Shown here one piece after another: positions 10,329 through 20,300 of a stretch of DNA of 64,000 nt. Position numbers and translations under genes: made by a program. Under the pieces are notes generated by a model. It had not been told where the DNA came from, did not search any database, and worked only from the letters and a program-made list of their open reading frames with translations. The stretch comes from an uncultured Prevotellaceae bacterium (GTDB lineage: Bacteria; Bacteroidota; Bacteroidia; Bacteroidales; Bacteroidaceae): positions 213,422-277,421 of the forward strand of contig ONCG01000001.1 in assembly GCA_900316285.1 (NCBI GenBank), read 5' to 3'. Numbering within the stretch: the stretch's first letter is position 1; every line of letters starts with the position of its first letter.

Positions 10329-13300
10329 CGCGCCACCTCCTTTGTGATGAATCCCTGCGGTGTGACGCCCTCTGCCGACACGGCTATCGACTCCGTGAAG
10401 CCATTGTTCCAGAATGTCACGCGGGCATGTCCCTCATTGTCGGTCACCAGACTGGGATTCCAATACAGCGTGCGACGGTAGTCGCCCTGTTCCGGCAGCG
10501 GGTCAAGGCTGTAGTCCACGCGATAGAACTCGTCGGGGTCGCTCAGTCCCTGGAAGTCGATGCGATAGCCGTAGAAGTCGGGCTCTGGCAGACCGGCAGG
10601 ATAGAGCGGGTCGGTCTTGAAGTTGATGATCGACGTCAGCGGCGACGTACTGCTCTTCGACCGTTCTGCGAAATAGGGCGTCATCACTTCACGATAGCGA
10701 CCCTCCTGATGAATCAGCTGGCGGTCGTCGGCATCTGCATAGAGATAGAGCTTGCTGAAGTTCACGTCGGCAGGGAAGAACTGCATGCCCGGTGCAAGAT
10801 TCTCTCTGCGTCCGTAGAAGCCCGGCTCGCGGAAAATGGTCTGCCGGCCGTACTCCGGCGCATCGATGAACGTGAGGTTCATGCCATCCAGTCCCATCAG
10901 CATGAGCAACTTGTAGAAGTTATGATAGGAACGGAACGCCTGGTCGAACTTATAGTCTTTATAGGAGTGCCACTTGTTGAAATCACGCATCGGGCGGGCA
11001 GCCTGACCAGCCGTGGTCGCCGCGGCTATCTTGCCTGCGTTCAACCCTTTCTGCTTCTGCTCAGCCTCCTCGCGAAGGTATTGCTCCATGTCGGTGAAGA
11101 AGCGGTCGTCGGCAAAGTTGTTCTGGTAGAGGCCTTCCCTTGCATCGTCGGGTTGCCACCAGCCACCCCTCGTCATGTCCTGTCCGATGAGTCGGAAGCC
11201 ATCGTCGTGGTATTCATACGAGAAGGTAATGAAGTGGAAGTCGTTGATGGTGCCGAAGATGTTCGAGAGATACGACATCATGTGTCGCACATCGATGACG
11301 GCCGCCGGCTTCACCTCGCGGAAATCAGCCCAGCCGCGACGCTTGGTCTTCTTCACCTCAGGCAGCACATAGGCCTGACTGCGACGGTCGTAGTAAGTGA
11401 AGGGCACAACCGAAGTCTTGTTTATAGCCATGTAGCCTTGGCGGAAAATGTTATGGTCGACGGGCTCGTTCAGGGCGCGCGTCTCGTAGTAGTCGTAGTT
11501 GCGAGCCACGGGCGAATAGGCGTTCATCGGGATGATGTGCTTGCCCAGCAGATAGCCCGGCCGCTTGTTCTTGTAGACCGAGAAGTTATGGCCAGCCACG
11601 CCTGCCTTATACATGCCGATGACCTCGGCACTCTGCTCGTTCAGCGTGAGTGCCATGCGCGACGTTCCGAAGAAGGGATTCAGGTTGAACATGAAGAATC
11701 CCAGCGAGTCGGTTTTGATTTCTGCCGACACAACGCCATCGTAGGGGGTAATCAGCTCGTTGTACACCCACATGGGTTTCTTTAGGTTCTTCCACAGCAC
11801 ATATTCGTATTCCCCATGGTCGTCGACGACGCGGCCGCGGAAGTTCAACCCGCGCTCCACCGCCATCAGCGGGTCCCAGCGCTCGCCACTCATCATGCGT
11901 TCGAAGTCGTAGCGCGTCCAGCCCTGCACCATCATCAACAGGTCGAGGGCGACGCGATGCTCACGGTCGTCGGCCTCGAAATAGTATTCGGGATGCGGAA
12001 TGAATCCTTTCACCTCGCTACCCAGCAACAGATAGGAAAGCACGTTGCCATCGGCGTAGGTGCCGTCGCGATAGAGGCCGTCGGTGATTGCCATCGAGAG
12101 TTTGTTGCGTTCCTTCACTGGATTTCCATCGGCATCGACGAGCTGGCAGTCCAGCGTCACCTTCTCGAAAGGCTTCAGCGCCGTACCCTCCTCGGGCATC
12201 GACACCTGCAGACGCAGGCCGTCCATGTCGTGATTATTCACGAACACCTCGCGCTGGGCCAGCACCTTGCCTTCCTCGGTGAAGAGCGTAAAAATGTTCA
12301 CGCCCGTCTGCAGCGATGCCTTGTCGACGACGACGCTGGCACGCTCGGTAGCGGTCATGTCGAGCACGTCGTAATAGAGCGTGGTGCCACGTGATGTCAC
12401 ACTCAGGCCGAGTCGCATACCATCGGTCTGACTGTTGCGGGCCACGCTGGCGCGGAGGGCATCGTCGCCGGTGGAGAACACGTTCAGCACATAGCCGCGG
12501 CGATGGGCACGGGGCAGGCGGAACGTGTAGTCGCGACCTTCATAGGTGACGCTGAGCTTCAAGCCGCGCAGCAGTTCATCCTCGGCCTCATCGCTTTCGT
12601 CGCTGGTCATGCTGAACATACCGCGACCGGCATAGTCGGTCTTGAACGTGCCTATCTCCTTCCCATTGCGCAGGAGGCGGCCTTCGATGTTCAGCGTGCG
12701 ACCCTCAGTGCTACGGGCTTGGAAGGCTACACGCGTGGGCACGCCGCGAACCATGTTTCCACCCTCAGGATAGAAGTCTATCTTCAGCTTGTCGCGCTCG
12801 TTGTCGAGCAGCGATGCGGTGGCCTTGGGCAGGCGTGGCATGCGCTTCTGTCCATACTGCCCGTTCTCCACACGGTCGTAGATGGGAAACACGCGACTGA
12901 AGATACCGGCATTGCCACGCAGGTATTCCTGGAAGCGCTCACCGTAGAAGTCTTTCGCGAGAATACCCGACAGGCGGTCCCAGCCATGGCCATAGTCGTC
13001 GCCGCTCTTCTTCACCGACGGTGGTACGCCGGGAGTGAAGTTCAGCATCCACGCCGTGAAGGCACGCACCTCGTAGAAGCCGGCGTTCAGCGTGTCCTTC
13101 AGCAGGAACGAACCGCTGGCCTGCCCGTTTCTCACCATCAGCTTCTGCGTCTCTACAGGGAAGCCGATGGGGTTCACGAGTTCCACGTAGAGAATACGGC
13201 TGAGGTCAGAGGCCTTCAGCGACGCACCGTCCACCACGTATGCCTTGAACCAGATATGCTCGCCCTTATAATAAGAGGTGTTGTCGAAATGCAGATAAAC

Positions 13301-13477
13301 GCGCTCCTGCGGATTCTGCCTGGCAAAGCGTTCGAAGTTCTCCTGCCGCTGTGTCAGCAGTGAGTCGGGGTCGGCATCCGTCGCCGATGGCCATCCTGCA
13401 GCAGAGGCACCTAGAGCACCAGCCGACCACAGCAAGCCGGATGCCCATATCAAAAGTTTGGATAATCTTCTCGTCAT
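10325..13477 (-). CDS. Large secreted protein with MG2 / alpha-2-macroglobulin-like N-terminal domains
   Basis: 1050 aa with a signal peptide. VYLHFDNTSYYKGEHIWFKAYVV...GFYEVRAFT matches the MG2-domain pattern. The C-terminal TLYWNPSLVTDNEGHARVTFWNN is typical of this Bacteroidota family. The family call comes from motif memory only. Confidence 0.65.
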   Translation of the reverse strand: MTRRLSKLLIWASGLLWSAGALGASAAGWPSATDADPDSLLTQRQENFERFARQNPQERVYLHFDNTSYYKGEHIWFKAYVVDGASLKASDLSRILYVELVNPIGFPVETQKLMVRNGQASGSFLLKDTLNAGFYEVRAFTAWMLNFTPGVPPSVKKSGDDYGHGWDRLSGILAKDFYGERFQEYLRGNAGIFSRVFPIYDRVENGQYGQKRMPRLPKATASLLDNERDKLKIDFYPEGGNMVRGVPTRVAFQARSTEGRTLNIEGRLLRNGKEIGTFKTDYAGRGMFSMTSDESDEAEDELLRGLKLSVTYEGRDYTFRLPRAHRRGYVLNVFSTGDDALRASVARNSQTDGMRLGLSVTSRGTTLYYDVLDMTATERASVVVDKASLQTGVNIFTLFTEEGKVLAQREVFVNNHDMDGLRLQVSMPEEGTALKPFEKVTLDCQLVDADGNPVKERNKLSMAITDGLYRDGTYADGNVLSYLLLGSEVKGFIPHPEYYFEADDREHRVALDLLMMVQGWTRYDFERMMSGERWDPLMAVERGLNFRGRVVDDHGEYEYVLWKNLKKPMWVYNELITPYDGVVSAEIKTDSLGFFMFNLNPFFGTSRMALTLNEQSAEVIGMYKAGVAGHNFSVYKNKRPGYLLGKHIIPMNAYSPVARNYDYYETRALNEPVDHNIFRQGYMAINKTSVVPFTYYDRRSQAYVLPEVKKTKRRGWADFREVKPAAVIDVRHMMSYLSNIFGTINDFHFITFSYEYHDDGFRLIGQDMTRGGWWQPDDAREGLYQNNFADDRFFTDMEQYLREEAEQKQKGLNAGKIAAATTAGQAARPMRDFNKWHSYKDYKFDQAFRSYHNFYKLLMLMGLDGMNLTFIDAPEYGRQTIFREPGFYGRRENLAPGMQFFPADVNFSKLYLYADADDRQLIHQEGRYREVMTPYFAERSKSSTSPLTSIINFKTDPLYPAGLPEPDFYGYRIDFQGLSDPDEFYRVDYSLDPLPEQGDYRRTLYWNPSLVTDNEGHARVTFWNNGFTESIAVSAEGVTPQGFITKEVAR

Positions 13478-13506
13478 AACTTTCGTTTTTAATTGATTTC
13501 TGCTGC

Positions 13507-13514
13507 AAAAATAA
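13507..13514 (-). promoter_or_regulatory. Candidate -7 box (TATTTTTG) for the 13477-7485 operon
   Basis: Plus-strand CAAAAATA, 30 nt upstream of the ATG at 13477. Confidence 0.45.
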
Positions 13515-13763
13515 TCTATTCTGCCGTAACAGCCTTGTTTTCGACTTCACATAAACTTCACTTTTGGTGAAATGCCCTATTTGTGAGCTACCTTTTGCAC
13601 ACGAGCAGACTCTTCCTTTCGGGCAGACACGGGGGCTGCTCCTACCTTTGGGTGTTTGTTGCGATAACACGAGCCGCAGGCTCTTTTCACTTTTAACTTT
13701 TCACTTCGCGCTTGCGCGGCGGTCTGCCCCTACGGCTAGATGGCGACAACGCTGGCGCGCAAC

Positions 13764-13790
13764 TCCCCTCCTTTGGAGGGGCGGGGGAGG
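13764..13790 (-). repeat. GC-rich hairpin element copy abutting the stop of the TPR regulator gene
   Basis: TCCCCTCC-tttg-GAGGGG-CGGGGGAGG. It ends 1 nt before the stop codon at 13792-13794. Confidence 0.7.
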
Positions 13791-13791
13791 T

Positions 13792-15195
13792 TTATAATGA
13801 CATCACAAACTGATTCAACTCGTCGGCCGTGCCCTCACGCTCAAACATCCGGGTGAAGAGGCGTTTGCGGGCATTGGTCGTAGCCTGCTGAGTGCGATGG
13901 AAGATGTTTGAAATCTGCAGGTTGCCCAGTCCCAACCGAATCAGACAGCACATGCGCAGCTCGGCAGGTTTTATCTTCGGATAGAACACCACGAGGCGGT
14001 TCACGAAACCATCGGCATGCTCGTTCAGCAACGCCTGCAGCTGCGACCATGCGTCATCGCCCAATTCGCCACTACCGCCCTGCCCAATGCGCTCGCAATC
14101 GGCATAGACTGCCGACTGACGGAAGGCTGCCAGCAGACGGTCTTGCTGTGAGCGGTTCTGCTCTTGGGCGGCTAGTCGCTGTTCCTCCTGTCTACGGCTC
14201 TGCGTAACCACCTGCGCCTGCAGGCGTCGCATTCGCCAGCGGAAGAAGGCCGCCACGCCTGCCACGGCCAGCAAAGCCAGCAACGCCACGCCCCAGAGGC
14301 GCAGCCGTAGCCGTCCGTTCTCGCGCTCCACACCAATCTGGTCTTCCAACGACGACACCAGGTCGCCATTCTCACGCACGGTCTGACGGTTCACGCTGTC
14401 CATCATCGCCACACACTCCATGGCACTCAGCCACGCCGACTCGTAGCGGCCGTTGCCGCTCTCCATCTGTGAAAGCAGCATCGTCGCCGCAGCATGTGTC
14501 TTCACGTTTGCACTCTCGCTGGCACGCAGCAACGCCTCTTCAGCTTCTGCCTCACGGCCAAGCCATAGCAGCGCACGCCCGCGAGCCAGCCACATCGCTC
14601 CAACGCCGTCCTCCTCCTGTTTCCCAGAGGCCGACGGGCTGCCAAGTTCAGCCGAACGCTCCAGCCTGTCCATCTCCTCCAACAACCGGCTCACCTGCTC
14701 CTTGTCGCCCTGCTGCAACGCCACATCCATCCACTCGGGCCAGAGGTCGGCACGAGCCTCATCGAGATGTGCCGCCTGTGCCAGCCCGTCGGCCTTTTCG
14801 AAACAGTTGGCAGCCGAGGCTATCCATTCCGGCGACCGCAGACACCGCGACATATCGCGCAGCGCATACACCATGTGCAGCGTGTCGCTACTCGACTGCG
14901 AAAGGTCGAAAGCACGACGGAAGGCCGTCAGGGCATCGTCACGATTGCCTGCCAACAGCTGCAGATTGCCCATGGCAAGCGTGGCCTCCACCGCCCACTG
15001 CGATGTACCGCCCTCCTCCTGTGCCAGCCTGTAGGCCTTCAGCGCATCGCCCTTCCGGCCCTGTTGCTCCAGCTGACAGCCTTCGCGGTAGTGGTCCTCG
15101 GCACTGTTGCGGCCCAAGCAGCCCGCCAGCACCATTGTTGCCACCACCAGCAATACGGCCCATCGGCATTCCGTTCTGATCATTTTTCTCTTCAT
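13792..15195 (-). CDS. Membrane-anchored TPR-repeat protein with a C-terminal HTH-like domain (putative regulator)
   Basis: I set the start at ATG 15195 (MKRKMIRTE...LAGC lipobox-like); the ORF-track start at 15231 is a TTG. The protein has TPR-like repeats, one internal TM segment, a coiled region, and a C-terminus (ELRMCCLIRLGLGNLQISNIF...ATTNARKRL) that resembles an HTH. Confidence 0.7.
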   Translation of the reverse strand: MKRKMIRTECRWAVLLVVATMVLAGCLGRNSAEDHYREGCQLEQQGRKGDALKAYRLAQEEGGTSQWAVEATLAMGNLQLLAGNRDDALTAFRRAFDLSQSSSDTLHMVYALRDMSRCLRSPEWIASAANCFEKADGLAQAAHLDEARADLWPEWMDVALQQGDKEQVSRLLEEMDRLERSAELGSPSASGKQEEDGVGAMWLARGRALLWLGREAEAEEALLRASESANVKTHAAATMLLSQMESGNGRYESAWLSAMECVAMMDSVNRQTVRENGDLVSSLEDQIGVERENGRLRLRLWGVALLALLAVAGVAAFFRWRMRRLQAQVVTQSRRQEEQRLAAQEQNRSQQDRLLAAFRQSAVYADCERIGQGGSGELGDDAWSQLQALLNEHADGFVNRLVVFYPKIKPAELRMCCLIRLGLGNLQISNIFHRTQQATTNARKRLFTRMFEREGTADELNQFVMSL

Positions 15196-15200
15196 GACTG

Positions 15201-15208
15201 CAAAGATA
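15201..15208 (-). promoter_or_regulatory. Candidate -7 box (TATCTTTG) directly upstream of the TPR regulator start
   Basis: Plus-strand CAAAGATA, only 5 nt from the ATG at 15195. This implies a leaderless mRNA or use of a downstream start (ATG at 15183). Confidence 0.35.
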
Positions 15209-15388
15209 CGATGAAATGAGCGAATCACCAAATCTTTTGAAAAGAAACAAAGAAACCATTGCTTTCAGCACCTTTCGCGGTGGTTTCTACTACTCTCATG
15301 CTGTTCCGCAAGCATGTAGGACACCCTCTTCACAGCTTTTCAAATCGAAGCTATCTGCATTCACAAACTTACAACAATCATGCATATT

Positions 15389-15650
15389 TTCGGCAGCATA
15401 CCTGCCAAACATGCGCAGCAAGTCTGCAATCTTTACGCAGCATTGTGGCAAGCTTTGTGCAGCATTGCTGCCTAAATTGTGCAGCAATGCTGCCGAAGTT
15501 GTGCAGGATAGCTGCCTAAGTTGTGCAGCAATGCTGCACAACTTGTGCCAGACTGCTGCACAAATTCTGGCAGTGTGGTTTTCCGATGTTAAAGCAAAAA
15601 GACACCGATGTCAAAGCAAAAAGACACCGATGTCAAAGCAAAAAGATAGG
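15389..15650. repeat. 22-bp phased palindrome array (12 units), locus 1
   Basis: Unit cores begin at 15395, 15417, 15439, 15461, 15483, 15505, 15527, 15549, 15571, 15593, 15615 and 15637. The best units read TTGTGCAGCAaTGCTGC. The last three units are near-identical 22-mers, CCGATGTyAAAGCAAAAAGAyA (15583-15648). Confidence 0.9.
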
Positions 15651-15695
15651 CAATCCACTTTCTATCTCTTTTGAAGAGCTTCGTACTGATTGGGA

Positions 15696-16040
15696 TTAAT
15701 CTGTCACCACATCATTAAAATGTTCTTTTCCCCAGTCTATTAGTGCCGTGAGTACAGGCATCAACGATTTGCCTGTCTCAGTGAGCGAATACTCCACTCG
15801 AGGAGGAACCTCAGGATAAAACTCACGATGAACGAGGTGACTCTGTTCCAGGTTCTTCAGCGTCTGCGAGAGCATCTTCTGGGAGCAATCCGTCATCAGC
15901 CGACGAATCTCGTTGAAGCGCAACACATCTGTCTCGCTGGTGTGAAGCATATAGAGCACCAACATGGACCACTTGTCGCCGAAACGACTCAACACTCGCC
16001 TGATGGGACAAGCTAAATACTCTGCTTTGATATCTGCCAT
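15696..16040 (-). CDS. HxlR-family transcriptional regulator
   Basis: CPIRRVLSRFGDKWSMLVLYML...PPRVEYSLTETGKSL is the HxlR winged-helix signature. I chose the ATG at 16040 because the GTG at 16067 overlaps the predicted -7 box. Confidence 0.88.
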   Translation of the reverse strand: MADIKAEYLACPIRRVLSRFGDKWSMLVLYMLHTSETDVLRFNEIRRLMTDCSQKMLSQTLKNLEQSHLVHREFYPEVPPRVEYSLTETGKSLMPVLTALIDWGKEHFNDVVTD

Positions 16041-16066
16041 AATTGTCGGTTTTTCCGTTGATGCCA

Positions 16067-16074
16067 CAAAGGTA
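16067..16074 (-). promoter_or_regulatory. Candidate -7 box (TACCTTTG) for the HxlR gene
   Basis: Plus-strand CAAAGGTA, 27 nt upstream of the ATG at 16040. Confidence 0.45.
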
Positions 16075-16218
16075 GCAAATAGTTACCAAGTTTCGCGAAT
16101 AAACTATGTTAATCTGAGTTAAAGTCGTTTTCCGCAATCTCCGAAAACATCACAATTCCTACTTTTTGGTAACTATCTCACCAAAAAGTGCCTTCTTGTG
16201 GGAATGAAAAACTTGCCG

Positions 16219-16226
16219 TACCTTTG
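16219..16226 (+). promoter_or_regulatory. Candidate -7 box (TACCTTTG) for the cupin/PNPOx pair
   Basis: TACCTTTG lies 43 nt upstream of the ATG at 16269, divergent from the HxlR gene. Confidence 0.5.
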
Positions 16227-16268
16227 CATCGTCAAATAGAAACAATAACCATTTAAACGATTAGAAGT

Positions 16269-16724
16269 ATGAAACAGATTGAGACCATTAAGACTGGTAA
16301 GAACTACAGCGCAGTAAGCGTAGGTAAGATGAGTGAGATTATTGAGCACGAGCTCCCAATGGGACCGAATGTGACCATTCAGGGTAAGGTGTTCGCAGGA
16401 CAGGCAGTAGGTGCAACAGGTAGCGAGTTTTCGTTCCAGACACTCGTTCCGGGTCAGGACAGTGGATTTCTGCACACACACAAGACCCACGAGGAACTCT
16501 ACTTCATCCTAAAGGGTGAGGGTCAGTATCAGGTGGATGGCGAGGTGTTCCCCGTCAGCGAGGGTACCATCATCCGAGTGGCTCCCGATGGCAAGCGTGC
16601 ACTGAAGAACACGGGTAGCGAGAATCTGACAATGCTCTGCATCCAGTATAAGGCCAATGCCTTCACTGAGGCCGACAGCCCCATGACAGACGGTAACATT
16701 CTTCAGGAACCGCTAAACTGGTAA
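16269..16724 (+). CDS. Cupin domain protein
   Basis: 151 aa; GFLHTHKTHEELYFILKGEGQYQVDGEVFPVSEGTIIRVAP is a cupin_2 motif. Confidence 0.85.
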   Translation: MKQIETIKTGKNYSAVSVGKMSEIIEHELPMGPNVTIQGKVFAGQAVGATGSEFSFQTLVPGQDSGFLHTHKTHEELYFILKGEGQYQVDGEVFPVSEGTIIRVAPDGKRALKNTGSENLTMLCIQYKANAFTEADSPMTDGNILQEPLNW

Positions 16725-16731
16725 GACGGCA

Positions 16732-17184
16732 ATGATAAAGAAAGCACTTGACTTTCTGCGCAACCACAATGAGGTGGCTTTCGCTACGAGCGACGGCCAC
16801 CTTCCTAAATTGCGCATGTTCCAGATTATGAAGCAGGAGAACAACGTACTTTATTTTTCTACTTCGGCAGAAAAAGCCGTCTGGAAGGAACTGAAGCAGA
16901 ACCCCAATGTGGAGGTGTTGGCTTATGCCGACAACATATCCGTACGCTGTTCAGGCATGGTGAACTTCGACGTAGAGGAGGATGTGAAGCAATGGATCTA
17001 CGATCATAATCCCGTCTTGCCCCGTCTCTATAGCAGTTACGACAAACTTGCCTATTTCTGCCTTCCTATTGCTGAGATGGATTACTATGATCTCACCCCT
17101 ACCCCACCCGTGTTTCTTCATTTTGACTTAATGGCTGGTGAAATCGGTAAGGGCTTCGTGGGTGAGCGATTCAAAACTCAATGA
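16732..17184 (+). CDS. Pyridoxamine 5'-phosphate oxidase-like FMN-binding protein
   Basis: 150 aa; N-terminal AFATSDGHLPKLRMFQIM...LYFSTSAEKAVWKELKQNPNVEV is the PNPOx-like split-barrel pattern. Confidence 0.75.
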   Translation: MIKKALDFLRNHNEVAFATSDGHLPKLRMFQIMKQENNVLYFSTSAEKAVWKELKQNPNVEVLAYADNISVRCSGMVNFDVEEDVKQWIYDHNPVLPRLYSSYDKLAYFCLPIAEMDYYDLTPTPPVFLHFDLMAGEIGKGFVGERFKTQ

Positions 17185-17253
17185 TAGCACTCTAGGCATC
17201 GCCCATCGCTGATATCATCGCCAAGCCGCGCCATCTCCATTTGCACTTGCATC

Positions 17254-17296
17254 AAAAAAAAGGCAACCCAGCCTGACCATTCAGACTGGGTTGCCT
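17254..17296 (-). terminator. Rho-independent terminator after rpoC
   Basis: An 11-bp stem AGGCAACCCAG (17261-17271) / CTGGGTTGCCT (17286-17296), followed on the minus strand by T8. Confidence 0.8.
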
Positions 17297-17318
17297 TGTT
17301 GTTATTGCGAAGTTTGCT

Positions 17319-20300
17319 TTAATCAGCTACTTCTGAATCACCGAAGTCGAGGACGTTCTTGCGGTTGGCCTGCATGCGGTCGTACTCTTCGCGAGAACCG
17401 ACTACAATGCGATCCCACTGGCGCAGACCGGTGCCTGCAGGGATGAGGTGACCGCAGATGACGTTCTCCTTCATGCCCTCGAGGTAGTCCTGCTTTCCGC
17501 GGATGGCGGCCTCGTTGAGCACCTTCGTCGTCTCCTGGAAGGATGCAGCCGACATGAACGACTTCGTCTGCAATGCTGCACGGGTGATACCCTGCAGAAT
17601 CTGCGTCGATGTAGCGGGCACGGCATCGCGCACCTGAACAGGACGGAGGTCGCGGCGCTTCAGCGAGGAGTTCTCGTCGCGCAGACGACGGGCGGTGACA
17701 ATCTGTCCGGGCTTCATGGTCTCGGAATCACCAGCGTCGGTGACGACCTTCTTACCCCAGATGCGATCGTTCTCCTCAGAGAAGTCGAGCTTGTCGACGA
17801 GTGCATCCTCGAGGAACGTGGTGTCGCCGGGCTCGTTGATCTGCACCTTGCGCATCATCTGACGAACGATAATCTCGAAGTGCTTGTCGTTGATCTTCAC
17901 ACCCTGCAGACGATAGACGTCCTGCACCTCGTTGACGATGTATTCCTGCACAGCGGTGGGACCCTTGATGGCAAGGATGTCGCTAGGAGTGATGACACCG
18001 TCGGAGAGCGGTGTGCCGGCACGAACGGCGTCGTGTTCCTGCACGAGGATCTGCTTCGACAGCGAGACAAGATACTTCTTCTGGTCGCCAGTCTTCGAGG
18101 TGACGATGATTTCGCGGTTACCACGCTTCACCTTACCCATGGAGACCTCACCATCGATTTCGCTCACCACAGCGGGATTGCTCGGGTTGCGGGCCTCGAA
18201 GAGCTCAGTGACACGAGGCAGACCACCGGTGATATCACCAGCACCACCCACGGCACGCGGAATCTTCACAATTGTCTGACCGGTTTCGATGGCTGCACCG
18301 TCGTCGACCACTACGTGACCTCCCACAGGGAAGATGTAGCTACCGATGACCTCGCCGTCGGCATTGAGGATGTCGCAGCTCGGCACGCGGTTGTGGTCCC
18401 TGGAGTCGGTGATGATCTTCTCGGTAAGACCAGTGGTCTCGTCGGTCTCGGCCTTGAAGGTGGAACCTTCGATGACATCGCGGAAACGCAGCTTACCTGC
18501 ATATTCGGTAACGATGACGGCGTTGAACGGATCCCAACGGGCCACGAGCTCGCCCTTGTGGACGATGTCGCCATGACGCTTGTAGAGCGATGAGCCATAA
18601 GGCACGTTGAGCGTGGAGAGCACAATCTTCGTATTGGGATCGACGAAGCGGATTTCGGCCAGACGGCTGACAACCATCTCGCAGGTGACTTCCTGTTCGC
18701 CCTGCTTCTCAGTATAAGGAACGGTGCGCAGCTCATCGAACTCGATGCGGGCATCGTTCTTAGCAACGATCGATGCATTGGCGGCGGCATTACCTGCCAC
18801 ACCACCGGCGTGGAACGTACGCAGCGTGAGCTGTGTACCCGGCTCACCGATGGCCTGTGCGGCGATGACACCAACAGCCTCACCCATCTGCACCATGCGC
18901 TGTGTGGCAAGGTTGCGGCCGTAGCACTTCATGCAGACGCCGCGGCGCGACTCGCAGGTGAGCACCGAACGAATCTCGACACTCTCGATGGGCGATGCCT
19001 CGATGGCAGCCACCTTATCTTCAGTGATCTCCTCACCAGCGGCACAGATGAGCTCGCCCGTGGAGGGATGGATGATGTCGTGGACGCTGACGCGACCGAG
19101 GATGCGCTCACCAAGCGATGAGATGACCTCGTCGCCACTCTTCAGAGCGGTGCAGATGAGTCCGCGGAGCGTGCCGCAGTCTTCCTCATTAATAATCACG
19201 TCGTGCGATACGTCGACGAGACGACGAGTCAGATAACCGGCGTCGGCCGTCTTCATAGCGGTATCAGCAAGACCCTTACGGGCACCGTGTGACGAGATGA
19301 AGTACTCGAGCACCGACATACCTTCCTTGAAGTTCGACAGAATCGGGTTCTCAATGATCTGCTGGCCTTCGGCACCGGCCTTCTGCGGCTTTGCCATCAG
19401 ACCACGCATACCGGAGAGCTGCTTAATCTGGTCCTTAGAACCACGGGCACCGGAGTCGAGCATCATATAGACGGCGTTGAAGCCCTGGTCGGCCTCAGTC
19501 ATCTCCTTCAAGAGGATGTCGCCAAGCTCGTTGTTCACGTGTGTCCAGGCATCGATGACCTGGTTGTAGCGCTCGTTGTCGGTGATGAAACCCATGTCGT
19601 AGTTGGCCTGGATTTCGTCGACTTCCTTCTGACCCTTGGCAACGATGCCTTCCTTCTCGGGCGGCACGATGATATCGTCGAGGTTGAACGACAGACCGGC
19701 CTCGTATGCCATGCGGTAACCGAGGTTCTTGATGCCATCGAGGAAGTCGCAGGCGCGAGCCATACCGACATTCTTGATGACGTCGGCAATCATGCCACGC
19801 AGCGTCTTCTTAGAGATGATATCGTTGAAGAATCCTACCTCGTCGGGCACGATACCATTGACGATAACGCGACCCACGGTGGTATCAACCATGTGGCGAA
19901 CGCGCTTGCCGTCGACGATGTCGTCGACCATCACCTTCACGGGAGCGTGCAGGTCGCACTTGCCTTCGTTGTTGGCGATGATAGCCTCTTCGGGACCGTA
20001 GAAGGTGAGACCCTCACCCTTGGCACCCGGGCGCTTCTTGGTGATATAGTAGAGACCGAGCACCATGTCCTGTGAAGGCACGGTGATAGGTGCTCCGTTG
20101 GCAGGATTCAGAATGTTGTGGCTCTGCAGCATGAGGATCTGTGCCTCGAGGATGGCCTCGTTCGACAGCGGGAGGTGAACAGCCATCTGGTCACCGTCGA
20201 AGTCGGCGTTGAAGGCGGTACATGCCAGCGGGTGAAGCTGGATGGCCTTACCCTCGATGAGCTTCGGCTGGAAGGCCTGGATACCCAGACGGTGAAGCGT

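Noticed and set aside
10163-11785. A 540-aa plus-strand ORF, plus others (11816-12394, 12503-13363, 14453-15219) opposite the secreted-protein operon and the TPR regulator.
   Set aside because: They are antisense shadows. They have no start context or motifs, and the minus-strand genes have signal peptides, domain motifs and operon-type junctions.
15389-15650. The possibility that the 22-bp arrays (also 32722-32918 and 44946-45303) are CRISPR arrays.
   Set aside because: The period is only 22 bp, with no alternation of conserved repeats and unique 30-40-bp spacers. There are no cas genes or leader. The units are contiguous degenerate palindromes.
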